Shown piece after piece: positions 20,679 to 30,438 of a stretch of DNA of 64,000 nt. Source of the DNA: Candidatus Hydrogenedentota bacterium. GTDB lineage: Bacteria; Hydrogenedentota; Hydrogenedentia; Hydrogenedentales; SLHB01. How positions within the stretch are numbered: the first letter of the stretch is position 1; each line of letters begins with the position of its first letter. A model generated the notes under the pieces. The model was not told the DNA's origin, did no database searches, and saw only the letters and a program-made list of their open reading frames with translations. A program made the position numbers and the translations under genes. The DNA lies in contig CAXXTH010000010.1 in the NCBI GenBank assembly GCA_963668025.2, positions 224,001 to 288,000 on the forward strand, read 5' to 3'.

Positions 20679-20993
20679 ATGTCCAAAGTGCGGGTTGATG
20701 CGGGGATTTGCGGGTTTGCCACCACGATTACCGCAAGTTCGGTGGATGCGCAGCATATAGATTTGGTATTCGATTCATTATGCCCGCATGTTGTCCAGGC
20801 GGCTCAGGAGTTGACACATGCGGATGCATATGCCGAGTTGTTTGTAAAGCCCCATGAGTCGGCCATATACCAAACGCTCTCGAAGCACCTGCCGCATTCT
20901 GGCTGCCCGTTGTATTGCGCTGTCTACAAAGCAATAGAAGTGGCGGCGGGACTGGCCCTTCCACGAGATGCTTCCATCCATATCGAAAAATAA
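20679..20993 (+). CDS. Small conserved Cys-containing protein (DUF6951-like)
   Basis: V.VDAGICGF.T.I.A, S.CPHV, H.GCP...AIEVAAGLALPRD motifs. Confidence 0.65.
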   Translation: MSKVRVDAGICGFATTITASSVDAQHIDLVFDSLCPHVVQAAQELTHADAYAELFVKPHESAIYQTLSKHLPHSGCPLYCAVYKAIEVAAGLALPRDASIHIEK

Positions 20994-21014
20994 CCAAGCA
21001 AGTCTAGAACAAAT

Positions 21015-21647
21015 ATGGATAATGCTGCTTCTGAATTCTTACTACAAAGGATGAATATGCCCGATCCGCGAACAGAGAAATGTGTGTTGCGCGCCAAGAT
21101 GCGGGCGGCCAGGCGGGCGTTGCCGCCAGAAGAATATACCGCACGGAGCCAGGCGGTAGCCGAAAGGCTGGTGGCATTGCCGGAATGGCGCTTGGCCCCG
21201 GCAGTTCTTGCGTATGCCGCATCGAAAGACAATGAGGTGGACACGCGCCCGATTGTTGAAGCGCTTCTGGCGGAAGGACGCAGTGTATACACACCCATTG
21301 CCGCAACGGATGGAATGATGCAGTGGTCGCGATTGGCCGCTTGGGGAGAACTCGAACCGGCTCGTTTTGGGATTCTCGAGCCCAAGCCCAACTGCCGCCG
21401 CATTGAGCCGGTTCCGGAGGGGAGCCTTGCGCTTGTGCCGGGCCTTGCCTTTACGCGCAACGGATACCGGATTGGTTTTGGCGGCGGCTATTATGATGTG
21501 TTCCTTTCGCATTTCGATGGTTTTTCCGTTGGGCTGGCGTTTGATATGCAACTGTTGGATTCGCTTCCCATAACGGAGCATGACCAGCCTGTAGACGCCG
21601 TAGTGACGGAAACGGCGGTGTATTACCAGTGTAAAGACAAGGGCTAG
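21015..21647 (+). CDS. 5-formyltetrahydrofolate cyclo-ligase
   Basis: K..LR..MRA.R, EVDT, FGILEP, VPGLAF...GYRIGFGGGYYD, HDQPVDAVVTE. Confidence 0.93.
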   Translation: MDNAASEFLLQRMNMPDPRTEKCVLRAKMRAARRALPPEEYTARSQAVAERLVALPEWRLAPAVLAYAASKDNEVDTRPIVEALLAEGRSVYTPIAATDGMMQWSRLAAWGELEPARFGILEPKPNCRRIEPVPEGSLALVPGLAFTRNGYRIGFGGGYYDVFLSHFDGFSVGLAFDMQLLDSLPITEHDQPVDAVVTETAVYYQCKDKG

Positions 21648-21709
21648 ATTGTACATGGCATGGCATTTTTATTGGCCCGTTTAGTTACAAGCAAGAAGAG
21701 GGGATAGGG

Positions 21710-22219
21710 ATGGATATGCGGCGCTTTTTATTGTTAAAGACCGTATGGATTGCACTCGCGTTATTAACGATCTGTGCGGATATCATCACTGGCCCTTATA
21801 TTCAGTTTCCGATACTTTTTCTTATCCCGATCTGTGGAGCCGCTTGGTTTGGGCATCCCAGGCTGGCATATGGCATGTCATTGATTATGCCGATGGCGGC
21901 CGCGGAGATCATCATGCCTGGGGTGACAGGTGTTTGGACTCTGCCTATTATTATTACAAATACGGTGGTACGTATGTTTGTATTACTGGCATTCTCGTAT
22001 ATGCTGAGCCGCATTGCCGAGCAAAACCGTTCGCTGGCCAAGGAGGTCAAATTGCTGGAAGGCCTTTTGCCTATTTGCAGTTTTTGTAAAAAGATCAGAA
22101 AAGAGGACGGTTCTTGGGAACAAATTGAAGCATATGTTTCTCATCGCACGGATGCGCGGTTTTCGCATGGCATATGCCCAGAATGCGCAAAAACGAATTA
22201 CCCCGACATTTTCAAGTAG
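21710..22219 (+). CDS. Small membrane protein with the same C-terminal Cys-rich domain as 17706-20048
   Basis: Hydrophobic N-terminal half; LEGLLPICSFCKKIR..W..IE.Y....FSHGICPEC. Confidence 0.8.
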   Translation: MDMRRFLLLKTVWIALALLTICADIITGPYIQFPILFLIPICGAAWFGHPRLAYGMSLIMPMAAAEIIMPGVTGVWTLPIIITNTVVRMFVLLAFSYMLSRIAEQNRSLAKEVKLLEGLLPICSFCKKIRKEDGSWEQIEAYVSHRTDARFSHGICPECAKTNYPDIFK

Positions 22220-22348
22220 TTGCGTGTATTCTTTTGTGTATTCTTCCTACAAGCCTGGAGTCAATCTCGTTTCGTTCAGATTGGCCTGCTGGAATTGGTT
22301 TTGATGCAGTCGTGTATATAGTTTTTTTAACGGATAAGGAGAGGTTTC

Positions 22349-22795
22349 GTGATTTTAGATTTAGTGCGAAATTGGCGTTCATATGCGTGGCCTCATTCCG
22401 GTTTTGAGGCGGCGTTTGCGTTCATCGAATCGGTGGAGTCTTCGCTGCCTGATGGCAAATATGCCATTGATGGCGAGAATGTGTATGCGATGGCGCAGTC
22501 GTATGAAACGAAACCGGTTAGCGAGAAGGGATTTGAAGCCCATCGGGTGTATGCGGATATTCAGCTTCTGCTGGCGGGCCAGGAATCTCTTTTATGGGCT
22601 CCTGAATCAACGCTGGTGGAAACCACGCCCTACATATCCGATGTGGCGTTTTACGCCATGACGCCCAGCGCCTCGCAGGTTGTGCTCGAACCGGGACTAT
22701 TCTGCATGTTGCGCCCCCAAGACGCTCATGCGCCGAGTCTGGCGTATAAAGCGCCATGCGCGGTGCGAAAAATCGTGGTGAAGGTGCGTGTCTAA
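22349..22795 (+). CDS. YhcH/YjgK/YiaL (NanQ/TabA-like) family protein
   Basis: DGKYAIDG, FEAHRVYADIQ..L.G.E, P.DAHAP, VRKIVVKV. Confidence 0.9.
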   Translation: MILDLVRNWRSYAWPHSGFEAAFAFIESVESSLPDGKYAIDGENVYAMAQSYETKPVSEKGFEAHRVYADIQLLLAGQESLLWAPESTLVETTPYISDVAFYAMTPSASQVVLEPGLFCMLRPQDAHAPSLAYKAPCAVRKIVVKVRV

Positions 22796-22807
22796 ACACC
22801 CGCTTCC

Positions 22808-25800
22808 TTGTGGAGAAATAACAATATGGACCCCGAATTGAGCAGCACACGACATTCACCTCGCCAGAAGGGGCGTTTATGGTGGTGGGCCGCCGTGGGC
22901 GCGGCGGGTTTTGCTCTTTTCCTTGTGCTATATCCGCGCGCGTTTCCCGAAGCGAAGATGGATATCCGCGTGGGTCGTGCGGAAGCGCTGGAGCTTGCAC
23001 GCAGCTTCCTAGACGCGCGTGGATACGATCTTACCGGCTGCCGCGAGGCGGTATGTTTCTCTGGAGATGAGGATAGCAAGAGCTTTCTCGAGAAGGCGCT
23101 TGGCTCGAAAGGAGCTGAGCGCCTGATGGAGCGTCCGGTCAACATTTGGTATTGGTTCTGCCGCTTTTTCACTCCTGGCCAGGAAGAGGAATATCGAGCG
23201 GCTTTTTCGCCCCAAGGCGGGCTGGTGTATTTTTCCCACATCATTCCAGAAACCGCCCCTGGCGCATCCGTGCAAGAATCGGAAGCCCTGGGCGCCGCCG
23301 AATCGTTCCTGCGGGATGTGGTTCATCAAGACCTTACACAGTATGACCGTATCGGCGGTGAGCAGATAGAGCGGCCCAACCGTTTGGATTATAGGTTCAC
23401 GTGGAAGCGCCGCGATATCGATGTCGATGGGGCGACATACCGATTCTATGTCGCCGTGCAAGGGGATGCGGTGGGGGGATATGGCGAGCATCTCGATATC
23501 CCGGAAACGGCGCAGCGCCAAATGGCCACCGAGGCCGCGCGGCGGGGCGCTCTGATGCAAGCCGCCGGATTGATGAATTACGCCCTCAATATCGCGGTGG
23601 CCGTGGTCTTTTTCCTTATGCTGCGTTTCGGCCATATGCGCTGGCGCTTTGGCGCCGCGGCGGCATCGTTGCTGGTGGCGCTTATCGCATTGAGTTACAT
23701 TAATAACTATCCTTTATCTTGGCTGAGCTATCCTACTACCCAGTCGGAACGGGCCTTCATAGGCGGGCAATTTCTTGAGTTCGCAGGTTCGGCGCTCTCC
23801 ATCTTTCTGCGCATCGGCCTGCTCGCCATGGCCGCCGACGCCTTGGGCCGTATGGTCTTCCCGAGGCGGGCCCCTGTCTCCTTGCTGTTCTCCCCCCAGT
23901 TATGGCGTTCCCGCGAGTTCATGACGGCATGTATCGTAGGCGGCGGGCTGGCGATGCTTCATGCGGCGTATGTGTCCATATTCTATCTTGCAGGCGAGCA
24001 GGTGGGAGTCTGGGTGCCCCTGGATTGGCCGTATAATGAGTTGCTGAGCACGCCAATGCCTTGGCTTGAACCCCTTACCACGGGCTTATGGGCGGCCCTG
24101 CGCGAGGAACTGCTCTACCGCTTATTCGCCATCGCCCTGCTGCTACGGCTCACGCGTACGCGCTGGCTCGCGGTCACGCTTCCCGCCATATTGTGGGGAT
24201 TTTTGCATAGCAATTATCCTCAAGATCCCATCTATATTCGCGGTTTGGAGCTCACCTTGGTGGGCGTGGTTTATGGCATGGTGTTTTTACGGTATGGCTT
24301 TTTCGCCACGTTTATTTCCCATTACACCTATAACGCCTTGGCGTCGGGCCTCGTGCTGGTGCGCAGTGAAAACCTATATTTCCGCATTTCTGGGATTGTG
24401 GTGATCGGGCTTATGTTTCTGCCTGCGCTTCCGGGGCTTTGGGCACTTATGCGCGGCAGGCGGTTGCTGGATGCGGAGGCCCTTATTACATCGGAACAAG
24501 ATACGCCGCCGCACCTGTTTGGCAAGCTGAATCTGGCCTATTGCATATGCACGTATGCGCCATATAAAGCCCTATCTCGCCGCGCCCTCCGCATCGCGGC
24601 TGTCTGCGCCATCGCAGGCGCGGTTATACTGGCGCTTATTCCCATCCAGCCGCCCCGTTCGTGGCCGATTTTCGAGGTGAACCGCTGGCAGGCCGGGCGC
24701 ATCGCGGACAGCTACGCCGAGTCGCAAGGCATACCGGTGAACGAATACCGGCGGGTGATTCATGCCGTTGGCGCACCTGATTTCCTGGATGAGGAATCGA
24801 ACGAATGGGATTACTTGTACCAGCATGCATCACATGAGGAATATGAACGCCTTGTCCGCGATTATATGCAAGAGCGCTTTGGATGGAGCGCCTATTACAT
24901 GCGCCCGGGAGATCCGCAGTCGTATGGCATTCTAGTGTCCCGTGATGGCCGGGTTGAGAGCATGAACAGCACCCTTCCGGAAGAAGCCCCCGGCGCGCGC
25001 TTGAGCGCGGAAGAAGCCCAATCCATCGCGGAGGCCTATTTGCGGGATGTGCAGGGTATCGATTTGGCGCAATACCAGCTTGCGACAACCAGCACCCGCG
25101 AACAGCCAAACCGGACCGACCACTATTTCTTTTGGGATAGCGTTCAGGAGCGCGTGGCGGACGCCCCTTGGCGGCTCGGCGCATGTGTCCAAGGCGATGC
25201 GGTGCGGATGTATTATCCTCCCGAATTGAAAGTGCCGGATGAATGGCTGCGGCTGCGCAGTGAAGAGCATCTGCGCGACAAGCTGCTGCAAGGGCTGGCG
25301 ATGGCGCTTGGAACCCTGTTGGTTTTGGGCGTCTTGTTGTTATGTGTCCGTTTTTTCATGTTGCATACCTTGGATTGGCGCGTGACCATGGCGGCGATGG
25401 CGCTGGTCTTTGTTGTCTGGATGGCGATGTGGCTGAATGCGCTCCCTGTTTTTTGGGAAGGAGCTTCCCCAAACACGCCGCCTATGCTGTATGCCTTTCA
25501 AAAGCTGTCCGGCGGCGCACTATCGCTCTTTGGGGCCGTTGCGGTCTCGGGCGGCCTTGCCGCATTCTGTGATGCGGCTTTCCTCCGTGCGTATCCGGGC
25601 GTCCATCCCCTCATGCATTGGTTCGGCGTCTCCTGGCAGCCCGATGCGCCGGGCGCTCCGCCGTCCCGCCTGCCCTTATGCCGGGCATGGGGCGAGGCCA
25701 TTGTAACCGGGCTCTCGCTTGCGCTGGCCCTGGCGGCGGCGTTTTACGTGGTTCAAGCCGTGGAGCGGGAGATGCTCGCGCCGATGCTGGCCTCTTTCGA

Positions 25801-26335
25801 GCCAGGCCCGGACGCCCTGCCCAAGGCGCTATTCGAGCGCTCCGTGCATGAACATGCGCCCCTCATCCGCGCTATAGGCGGTTTCGACTGCACCGTTCCC
25901 GCCATCGAGATGGCGGGAAAAGCCATTTACGCCGGAGCGGGCGCTGGTTTTTTGCTGCTATTGGGGGCCGCCGCCTATAAAAAAGTATTCAAAGCGCGCC
26001 GATGGCCGCTGCATGCGGGGTATTGGACGCTGGCGGCGCTGTTGATGGGAGGGAATATCATCGAGAGCGCCAAGCCTTTGGCGGATGCCGCGGCGTCGTG
26101 CATCCTCGCGGCCGCCGTATACGGCATTTTGTATGTGGGCCTTACCCGCTTTCTGCGAGACCGCTTGGCCGCTTATTTCGTTTGTATCGCCACCCTCGCA
26201 TTGCTGGCGCAGATGCTGCTATTGCGTGTGTCGCCGGATACCTGCCTGCAAGCGAATTGCCATGCCCTTGCAGCGGTTCTATGCTTTCTATTCATACTAG
26301 GCTCCTACTGGTCGAAACGGAGGGAAGAGTTTTGA
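22808..26335 (+). CDS. Large CPBP (Abi/CAAX) intramembrane glutamic protease with duplicated extracytoplasmic domains
   Basis: REELLYR, WGFLH and SHYTYN CPBP motifs; many TM helices; internal repeat. Confidence 0.8.
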   Translation: MWRNNNMDPELSSTRHSPRQKGRLWWWAAVGAAGFALFLVLYPRAFPEAKMDIRVGRAEALELARSFLDARGYDLTGCREAVCFSGDEDSKSFLEKALGSKGAERLMERPVNIWYWFCRFFTPGQEEEYRAAFSPQGGLVYFSHIIPETAPGASVQESEALGAAESFLRDVVHQDLTQYDRIGGEQIERPNRLDYRFTWKRRDIDVDGATYRFYVAVQGDAVGGYGEHLDIPETAQRQMATEAARRGALMQAAGLMNYALNIAVAVVFFLMLRFGHMRWRFGAAAASLLVALIALSYINNYPLSWLSYPTTQSERAFIGGQFLEFAGSALSIFLRIGLLAMAADALGRMVFPRRAPVSLLFSPQLWRSREFMTACIVGGGLAMLHAAYVSIFYLAGEQVGVWVPLDWPYNELLSTPMPWLEPLTTGLWAALREELLYRLFAIALLLRLTRTRWLAVTLPAILWGFLHSNYPQDPIYIRGLELTLVGVVYGMVFLRYGFFATFISHYTYNALASGLVLVRSENLYFRISGIVVIGLMFLPALPGLWALMRGRRLLDAEALITSEQDTPPHLFGKLNLAYCICTYAPYKALSRRALRIAAVCAIAGAVILALIPIQPPRSWPIFEVNRWQAGRIADSYAESQGIPVNEYRRVIHAVGAPDFLDEESNEWDYLYQHASHEEYERLVRDYMQERFGWSAYYMRPGDPQSYGILVSRDGRVESMNSTLPEEAPGARLSAEEAQSIAEAYLRDVQGIDLAQYQLATTSTREQPNRTDHYFFWDSVQERVADAPWRLGACVQGDAVRMYYPPELKVPDEWLRLRSEEHLRDKLLQGLAMALGTLLVLGVLLLCVRFFMLHTLDWRVTMAAMALVFVVWMAMWLNALPVFWEGASPNTPPMLYAFQKLSGGALSLFGAVAVSGGLAAFCDAAFLRAYPGVHPLMHWFGVSWQPDAPGAPPSRLPLCRAWGEAIVTGLSLALALAAAFYVVQAVEREMLAPMLASFEPGPDALPKALFERSVHEHAPLIRAIGGFDCTVPAIEMAGKAIYAGAGAGFLLLLGAAAYKKVFKARRWPLHAGYWTLAALLMGGNIIESAKPLADAAASCILAAAVYGILYVGLTRFLRDRLAAYFVCIATLALLAQMLLLRVSPDTCLQANCHALAAVLCFLFILGSYWSKRREEF

Positions 26336-26474
26336 GTTGGAGATTCCAGTGCGGCCGCCCGGCGGACCTGGTGGAAAAGGAAGCCTCGCGAAATCCGTGG
26401 CGTAAACACGAGATTCAACGCATGAGGTGATCTCTAGAGCCTGATATCATGGTTTCAAATGATAAACATAACCG

Positions 26475-27251
26475 ATAGGGGTAGGGAAGGCCGTTGGCCG
26501 GTCTCCCCTCCCTCCGAACCGTACGTGCAGATCTCCCGCATACGGCTCTCCAGTTGGTGGTCTTACCTCTTGGAGGATTGGCGAGCGGTTTCATAGGCTT
26601 TTGTAAGCTGAAAAGACCTATGGCCGCCAAAGTAAGCATTAGCTCAGTATTGATGGTCTGCTTATCCATCAAGCTGAACCATCGCCTTCCTTTCACCCCT
26701 TGTTTCAGGGCCGCCAACATGGGTTCCGTCCAGACGCAAGGACCGCTCGCTTCCAGTAGGGGCGGTTATCTCCGGCATGTTTAGAACTGCTTGCGCGGTT
26801 CACTGGTGACGGTTGTATTTCCTCGCATTCCGTACTCACCCATCCACCTTCCTACCGCCCTTCGCTCCACGCCCATTACGGCGTTTCCTCGCTACTATGG
26901 CGGCTCTGACTGCCGTTGGGTGGCTTCTCGCCTGCTTACTCCCAGCGGCTCTCACTGCTTCATGTACCCTGCCTTCCTGACCATTCCGTCTCCAACCACC
27001 CCATGTTCCCCCGCCATCGCTTTTGCACACGACCCCTCAGCGTGACCGGTTATTTCTAGGCTTCGCCATTTCCCAGCAGGCTCGCCGGAGCATCAGGCCG
27101 AATCGAGTTCGTTATCCTACGGACTAGTCATTCGCCTTCCGTTGCTCTCCACCCCGCCTCGCGGCGACGCAGTTACGGTCGGCTACAGGCCGGAGCGTGC
27201 ATGCCTGAAGAGGACTCACACCTCTCGGACAGCGTACACTCGCAGTCGCAC
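26475..27251 (-). mobile_element. Group II intron with internally deleted RT/maturase ORF (777 nt, non-autonomous)
   Basis: 5' GTGCG at 27251; domain V gagccgtatgcgggagatctgcacgtacggttc; domain VI ending cccctAT at 26475; IEP N-terminal remnant WTEPMLAALKQGVKGRRWFSLMDK fused to a degenerate C-terminal remnant (DHQY*ANAYF..GLFSL..ARQSSKR*). Confidence 0.9.
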
Positions 27252-27302
27252 TAGCATGGGCGTCTCGCCCATGCTAGTTGTAGGGTGGGGCTTGCCCCAC
27301 CG
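27252..27302. repeat. REP cluster between the intron and the IS
   Basis: tagcatgggcgtctcgcccatgcta plus GTAGggtggggcttgccccacc; near-identical to the reverse complement of 16231-16280. Confidence 0.85.
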
Positions 27303-27420
27303 CTGGAGTTTCTACCTTTTTTGGGCGAGGTGGACACGCTTTTTCTCTTGCCATCGCACAGCTTATCGTCTTTGTCGTAGCTTCCCTTTCGCCGAATAGG
27401 CCGGTCATTGAAAAGATATA

Positions 27421-27449
27421 TTGACATACCGACTCGTTTGTGCTACAAT
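27421..27449 (+). promoter_or_regulatory. IS-borne consensus sigma70 promoter
   Basis: TTGACA-17 bp-TACAAT with extended TG; RBS aggaggg before ATG 27478; conserved at 60498-60526. Confidence 0.8.
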
Positions 27450-27507
27450 CTTGTCAGCTAGGCAGGAGGGCAGCACCATGAATGACGAATTGCGTGACAC
27501 GATTCTA

Positions 27508-28745
27508 GTACTCCGTAAGTCCTAAAAGGCTGAATAAAAAAGTGTATCTTGCCGATATATCCAGAGGGAGGAATGGGTCTTTCCTTTGGAGGATAACGGC
27601 AATGCCCACAAAGCGATACGTGGTTCGGTTGACAGAAGAGGAGCGCCAGCAACTCCATGGCTTGGTAAGCAAGGGCAAGGCGGCGGCATACAAAATCAGG
27701 CATGCCAACATCCTGCTCAAGGCGGATTGCGACGGGCCGAATTGGAAGGACGAACAGATAGCCGAAGCCTTTGGCTGCCACCGCACCACGGTGGAAGAGG
27801 TGCGCAAGCGGCTGGTTACGCAAGGCATCGAATCCGCCCTGGGCCGCAAGAAGCGGAAAACGCCGCCGACCCCGCGCCGACTCGACGGCGACGCCGAAGC
27901 CCGGCTGGTTGCCATCGCCTGCGGAAAAGCTTCGGAAGGCCGGGCGAAATGGACCATGCGGCTCTTGGCGGACAAACTGGTGGAATTGGGGATCGTGGAT
28001 TCGGTCTCGCACACGACCGTCTGGAAGACGCTTAAAAAAACGAACTCAAGCCGCACTTGCGGAAATGCTGGGTGATACCGCCGAAGCAGGATGGCGAGTT
28101 CGTGGCGGCGATGGAAGACGTACTTGAAGTCTATAAGCGCGGCCGGAACCGAGAGTATCCGCTGGTGTGCATGGACGAACAACCGACGCAGCTCTTGAAG
28201 GAGACGCGAACGCCCTTGCCCGCCGAACCTGGGGAACCGGCGAAACACGACTACGAATACGAGCGCAATGGCACAGCGGCGAACTTCATGTTCACCGCGC
28301 CATTGGAAAACTGGCGGCGGGTGAGTGTGCGGGAGCGCAAGACGAAAATCGATTGGGCACAGGAAATCCGCCAGCTTGTCGATACGGATTTTCCCGAGGC
28401 GTCAAAGATCGTGCTGGTGATGGACAACCTGAACACGCACACGCCGGGGGCGCTATACGAGGCGTTTGCGCCGCAAGAGGCGCGCCGAATTCTGGAGCGG
28501 CTGGAGATTCATTACACGCCGAAGCACGGGAGTTGGCTGAACATGGCGGAGATCGAGTTGAGCGTGTTCACGCGACAGTGCCTGGACCGGCGCATGCCGG
28601 ATCTGGCGACGTTGCGTTCGGAGGCGGTTGCGTGGAACACGAGCCGGAACGATTCGGGGATAGGTGTGGATTGGCACTTCACAACCTCCGACGCCCGGGT
28701 AAAACTAAAACGGCTTTATCCCTTAATTAAGGGCTGACAAGGTAC
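27508..28745 (+). mobile_element. IS630-family element
   Basis: Inserted in CTAG with TA duplication (27506-07, 28746-47); imperfect IRs gtactccgtaagtcc / gggctgacaaggtac; empty site visible in copy 2. Confidence 0.92.
27602..28737 (+). CDS. IS630 transposase, two ORFs probably joined by a -1 frameshift
   Basis: OrfA HTH (WTMRLLADK); slippery A7C at 28034-28041; OrfB DDE (CMDE, VMDNLNTH, TPKHGSWLNMAEIE). Confidence 0.88.
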
Positions 28746-29049
28746 TAGAGGCTATGGAAAAAGGGCTTGAGGCGCAGCTTCGGGCGGTGCGCCGTCTGCG
28801 TAAGGGGGAAGAATCCAGGGAGGAGCCACGACCCAGAACAAGTATGTCGCAAGTAGATATGGCATATGACATACTCTTGAGGGCCGCTCATCCCCTTCAT
28901 GTCAATGAGATCCTGAGTCGCATTCATGCGGTCTTCGGCATTACGGTGGACCGGGAAAGCCTGGTGTCTTCCCTCACCAAAAAGGTGGCTCGGGAAGACC
29001 GCTTTGTCCGCGCGGACAAGAACACCTTCGGACTCAAAGGAGGCAAGCG

Positions 29050-30429
29050 ATGAGTCTTTTACACGAATGGCTCAACGTTACCGAGCGCTGGCGCGATGCT
29101 TTTGCCCAAGAGCGCACCACCGTGCGTGCGGTGCGGCAGGGACTTGGGTCACTGGTCTGTTTGGGGCGGCGCACAATCACGCGGACCCTTTGGGCCTGTG
29201 GTCGCGAGAATCTGCCGTGGCAGGCTGAATACCACATGTACGGCCGCGCCAAGTGGGACCCCCAGCAGCTCTTCGACCCTATTTGGGAAGGAGCCCTGCC
29301 CCAGTGTGAAGACCCGCTTGTAGGCGTCGCCGTCGATGATACCAAGCTGCACAAGACCGGCCGGTGCATTGTCCAGGCTTTTCATCAGCGCGACCCCCTG
29401 TCCCCGCCGTTCCACACCAATCTCATTCTGGGCCTGCGTTTCCTGCAGGCCTCCCTTCTCGTACCGCTTCACCAAGGCGGCGCCTTTAGTTGCCGCGCCT
29501 TGCCCGTGCGTTTCGAGGAGTCTTCCCCCGCCAAGAAGCCTGGCAAGCGCGCAAGCGAGGAGGAGTGGATGGCGTACAAGCAGCGCCGTAAAGAGAAGAA
29601 CCTTTCAACCCATTGCGTGGCGATGATGGACTCCTTGCGCGCATCCCTCGACGCCGTCGGCGCCAGGGAGAAAACCTTGGTCATGGCCCTCGACGGCAGC
29701 TTTTGCAACCAGACCGTCTTCGGCGCTGAACGCGACCGCACCCACCTCATCGCCCGTGCCCGCAAGGACGCAGTCCTATGCTTTGGCGCTCCAGAGGGTT
29801 CGCGGCGTTTCTATGCCCAAGAAAAATTCACCCCCGAGCAAGTACGCCAGGACGATAGCATCCCCTGGAAGACTACGAAGCTATTCTACGGCGGCAAACG
29901 CCGCAAGGTCCGCTACAAGGAAATCAAGACCCTCTACTGGCAAGGCGGCGCGCGCCGTCTTCCCCTCCGCCTTTTCGCTATCGCTCCCACCCCCTACCGC
30001 AAGCGGAAAAGCAGTAAGCTTTATTACCGGCAACCAGCCTACCTTCTTTGTACCGACAGGGTTCACGCCGCACAGAGGCTGCTCCAGATCTACTTCGACC
30101 GCTGGCAGATTGAAGTCAACCATCGCGAGGAAAAGGACACCTTGGGCGTCGGACAAGCTCAGCTCTGGAACCCCAATGCCGTACCCAAGCAGCCCCCGCT
30201 TGCCATCGCCGCCTACAGCGCATTGCTACTGGCCGCCATAAAAACCTTTGGCCCCGAACGAAATAGTGCATACGCCCCGCTGCCACGGTGGCGAAAACAC
30301 GCCACACGCCCATCGTGCCTCGCTCTCATCACTCTATTGAGAAAAGAGATGGACGAACAGCCCCATTTGCTCCGTCCACTCGGCATAGAAACCTCCAGAG
30401 CAACAATGGCAAGCGCCGCGGCTGCTTGA
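29050..30429 (+). CDS. IS701-like DDE transposase (copy 1)
   Basis: VAVDDT..HKTG, ALDGSF, Y..RWQIEVNHREEK..LG (IS4-superfamily YREK-like motif); protein identical to copy 2. Confidence 0.85.
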   Translation: MSLLHEWLNVTERWRDAFAQERTTVRAVRQGLGSLVCLGRRTITRTLWACGRENLPWQAEYHMYGRAKWDPQQLFDPIWEGALPQCEDPLVGVAVDDTKLHKTGRCIVQAFHQRDPLSPPFHTNLILGLRFLQASLLVPLHQGGAFSCRALPVRFEESSPAKKPGKRASEEEWMAYKQRRKEKNLSTHCVAMMDSLRASLDAVGAREKTLVMALDGSFCNQTVFGAERDRTHLIARARKDAVLCFGAPEGSRRFYAQEKFTPEQVRQDDSIPWKTTKLFYGGKRRKVRYKEIKTLYWQGGARRLPLRLFAIAPTPYRKRKSSKLYYRQPAYLLCTDRVHAAQRLLQIYFDRWQIEVNHREEKDTLGVGQAQLWNPNAVPKQPPLAIAAYSALLLAAIKTFGPERNSAYAPLPRWRKHATRPSCLALITLLRKEMDEQPHLLRPLGIETSRATMASAAAA

Positions 30430-30438
30430 TAATGGAGA

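Larger units (their letters stand above)
27478..29053 (+). pseudogene. HARE-HTH-like accessory gene of the IS, split by IS630
   Basis: MNDELRDTIL | IS630 | EAMEKGLE...; intact in copy 2 (60555-60890). Confidence 0.85.

Noticed and set aside
20994-21060. 6S RNA upstream of 5-FTHF cyclo-ligase
   Set aside because: The intergenic gap is far too short and is preceded directly by a CDS.
26415-26720. 101-aa ORF as an independent gene
   Set aside because: Fusion of intron IEP remnants read through domains V and VI.
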